A stretch of 35,799 bases of DNA from a virus. Lineage: Duplodnaviria > Caudoviricetes. This document shows, in pieces, positions 33,803 through 35,799 of this stretch. Within the stretch, counting starts at the first letter, position 1; each line of letters begins with the position of its first letter. The notes below the pieces were generated by a model, which saw nothing but the letters and a program-made list of their open reading frames with translations, did not search any database and was not told the DNA's origin. Position numbers and translations under genes: made by a program. The stretch lies in IMG/VR virus record IMGVR_UViG_3300014202_001124, positions 1 through 35,799 of that record. One strand, 5' to 3'.

Positions 33803-33810
33803 AAAGTCAA

Positions 33811-35097
33811 TCAGAAACGATTTCCAAACCTATTTTGCGTGTATTCTATTTCATTATGTTTATAAAATGATGGCTTACTTACCTTATGAGTATAAAGCAC
33901 ATATCTGGCAGCATCTATGCAATGATCATCCTTCTTTAAAGGAACATCATATCCTTTCTTAGCCTGTTGTGGATCCCAACTATAGCTTTGTATCTCTGTA
34001 ATCATATATTTACAGTCAGAGCATATCGTCCACGACCCCCTTGCAAGCTCGGACGTCATGTAAGCTATTCCATTCTCAACATCATTATTGGCGTCAATGA
34101 CAGCTATTCCTCTCTTCCTAAGCTCAACTTTAAATGCCGCAGCACTCGGGTCAATGTAAACTGATCTCACGCCGTAAGGTTCTAGAAAGGCCTCCACATC
34201 ATCTGCGTATTCACTATAAGTCTTTTGCCTGCCCTTGGCCTTGGAATCCCACACATACTCTTTCTCAAACCATCTAATTGGACCAGTCTTTGTATGGTAC
34301 CCCGTGTTTACTCCCATAAGCATGCATGCAAAGTTGTTGGCTGTTCCTACATCGATGCCAGCAATCCAATAATCAGCAGCAGTTGGAGGACGGTCACAAA
34401 CGTGGATGCTACGATCAAAAAAGTCAAAGATAGCACCCTCCGCGAGGCACCAAAGCCCAAGGAAATTTCTCTTGTAGAACAGGCCACTAAGACTATCCCG
34501 AATACGCTGTTTATAATCGTCATCAACATAAGGATTATCATCCAATGTAAAATGTAGAGCATAATAATTTTTGTCTCCTTCTTCGGCTTTATCAATCCAT
34601 TTCTTAATCTTGTGGTCTGGATGCGATGGGTTCATAGATGCAAATCCCATCGAATGTGGCATTGAAAGCCTGGTGTCTATCATATCTATAATAGAATCAG
34701 GGTACAGAGTCATCTCATCACAGTACACCAGAGAGAAAGTCTTTCCTTGAAACTGACCAAGAGCCCCCTCGTCTTTTGCCCCTAAAGTCTGAATGGATTT
34801 ATTGAACAGTTTTAACTGCCTTTTTCCAGCCTGCCATGTACAAAAAGGCCTGAATATCTCGAACTGTGGAGATTCTAAAACAAGCCTTATGGCGTTTTGA
34901 TAAATTGTATCTGAAGTGTGACCAACCATGAAGATCTGACTATCTGGACACTCATAGGCCGCCTGAAGGAATCTAAAGAGGGTACACACCGTCTTCCCAG
35001 TACGAACAGATCCATGAGCTAGATTCCACTTAGCTGTCGAATTGACTATGAAATCCATTTGCTTGGGGGAAAAGGGCAATTTTTTGTCTTCAGCCAT
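33811..35097 (-). CDS. terL: Terminase large subunit (PBSX/Terminase_3-like)
   Basis: Walker A GSVRTGKT, Walker B LVYCDE, coupling motif SMNP, RNase H GIDVG, IDPSAA, DDHCIDAARY. Confidence 0.95.
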   Translation of the reverse strand: MAEDKKLPFSPKQMDFIVNSTAKWNLAHGSVRTGKTVCTLFRFLQAAYECPDSQIFMVGHTSDTIYQNAIRLVLESPQFEIFRPFCTWQAGKRQLKLFNKSIQTLGAKDEGALGQFQGKTFSLVYCDEMTLYPDSIIDMIDTRLSMPHSMGFASMNPSHPDHKIKKWIDKAEEGDKNYYALHFTLDDNPYVDDDYKQRIRDSLSGLFYKRNFLGLWCLAEGAIFDFFDRSIHVCDRPPTAADYWIAGIDVGTANNFACMLMGVNTGYHTKTGPIRWFEKEYVWDSKAKGRQKTYSEYADDVEAFLEPYGVRSVYIDPSAAAFKVELRKRGIAVIDANNDVENGIAYMTSELARGSWTICSDCKYMITEIQSYSWDPQQAKKGYDVPLKKDDHCIDAARYVLYTHKVSKPSFYKHNEIEYTQNRFGNRF

Positions 35098-35103
35098 GCG
35101 ATT

Positions 35104-35156
35104 ATCTTACATGGGTTACAAAAATGTTGCCATGAAATTATGATCTCTGCTAACAT
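35104..35156. promoter_or_regulatory. Divergent promoters with an operator-like palindrome upstream of terL
   Basis: Leftward TGGCAA-N17-TAAGAT (ATG 7 nt downstream); rightward TTGCCA-N18-TAACAT; GGTTAC-AAAAAT-GTTGCC at 35114-35131. Confidence 0.55.
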
Positions 35157-35284
35157 GATATTTCGTAAGTAACTGAACTTGAACGAAGTAATTAAAATTA
35201 GGATTAACAGTGATACTGCAGCTTAAGCCACTCTTTACGACTGGGCTACAAGAATTTCAAAAAATATTATGAGGATACGGGTAA

Positions 35285-35527
35285 ATGAACAATGAATTTA
35301 AAAAAGAACTTTGGGATGCATGGGATAAGGTTGGAAACCTTCTAATTACATTATTAACAATAGCTTTTTTATTTCTTACCAATAGAAGTGATTCAGTTAA
35401 CTTATATTTAAGCCAACGATCAGAAATTCATTCTCATAATCAAGCTTGCGAAAAAGTTCTTAGCGAGTTAAAGGAAAGAGTAATAAGTTTAGAGAGAAAA
35501 ATGTGGAATCACCTAAAGGAGAGTTAA
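35285..35527 (+). CDS. Small membrane protein with one TM and a coiled coil
   Basis: GAGGA RBS; VGNLLITLLTIAFLFL then LSELKERVISLERK. Confidence 0.7.
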   Translation: MNNEFKKELWDAWDKVGNLLITLLTIAFLFLTNRSDSVNLYLSQRSEIHSHNQACEKVLSELKERVISLERKMWNHLKES

Positions 35528-35660
35528 AATGGAATTTATGGATTTTTTTGCCTTACCTGAACCTGTTGTTATTATTGCTATAGCAATGATTTTGCAATTA
35601 ACTTTTGATTAATTATGTATCTTAAAATATTGTCTGAAAAAGATAACAAGGAAGCTTCTT

Positions 35661-35799
35661 ATGATTGAATCGGTGATAAAATTTATGGTCGAAGGATTTC
35701 TTGTTGCATCTTTGATTGGATCGGTCTTTGCGTTCTTCCACTATAAGGAAAAGTTCATCGCCTGGAGAGAGGAAAGGCAAGAGATAAAAGAGAAGGCAT
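35661..35799 (+). CDS. Partial membrane protein running off the right edge
   Basis: AAGGA RBS; MIESVIKFMVEGFLVASLIGSVFAFFHYKEKFIAWREERQEIKEKA... Confidence 0.55.
   Translation, partial: MIESVIKFMVEGFLVASLIGSVFAFFHYKEKFIAWREERQEIKEKA

Noticed and set aside
33204-33810. HNH as part of a group I intron splitting terL or portal
   Set aside because: terL ends after its DDHCIDAARY motif, portal has its own GGAGG plus TTG start, and there is no room for an intron core.
1-35799. Alternative genetic code, tRNA genes, integrase/att sites
   Set aside because: Long genes are intact in code 11 and all three stop codons are used. I saw no tRNA cloverleaf/T-loop motif and no tyrosine or serine recombinase motif.

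Overview
The window is most of the genome of a tailed dsDNA bacteriophage (Caudoviricetes, podovirus-like). It uses standard code 11 and is open at both ends, with partial CDSs at 1-372 and 35661-35799. Read on the minus strand from the right, it carries: large terminase, a free-standing HNH endonuclease, P22-like portal, three small proteins, scaffold, N4-gp56-type major capsid protein, decoration/adaptor/nozzle-like virion proteins, and RusA. Next come an accessory block of tiny genes, a ~700-aa repeat spike/fibre and eight further fibre-module genes (9114-14542). The left arm holds a lambda-like early region (Cro-like HTH, Bet + YqaJ exonuclease, replication initiator, SpoVG-like protein), a displaced small terminase and a probable ejection protein. 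I see no integrase, CI repressor, polymerase, helicase, endolysin, tRNA or CRISPR array. The main unexplained signals are: (1) eight very divergent 60-96-aa genes in two clusters that share one beta-alpha-beta-beta signature and are co-transcribed with exported or membrane proteins; (2) a recurring 18-bp operator-like palindrome, GGNAAC-W6-GTWGCC, in the promoters of terS, terL and the early switch; (3) a four-hairpin leader upstream of the capsid gene; (4) an unusually large, domain-shuffled receptor-binding module. All family calls come from motif recognition by eye, not from database searches.
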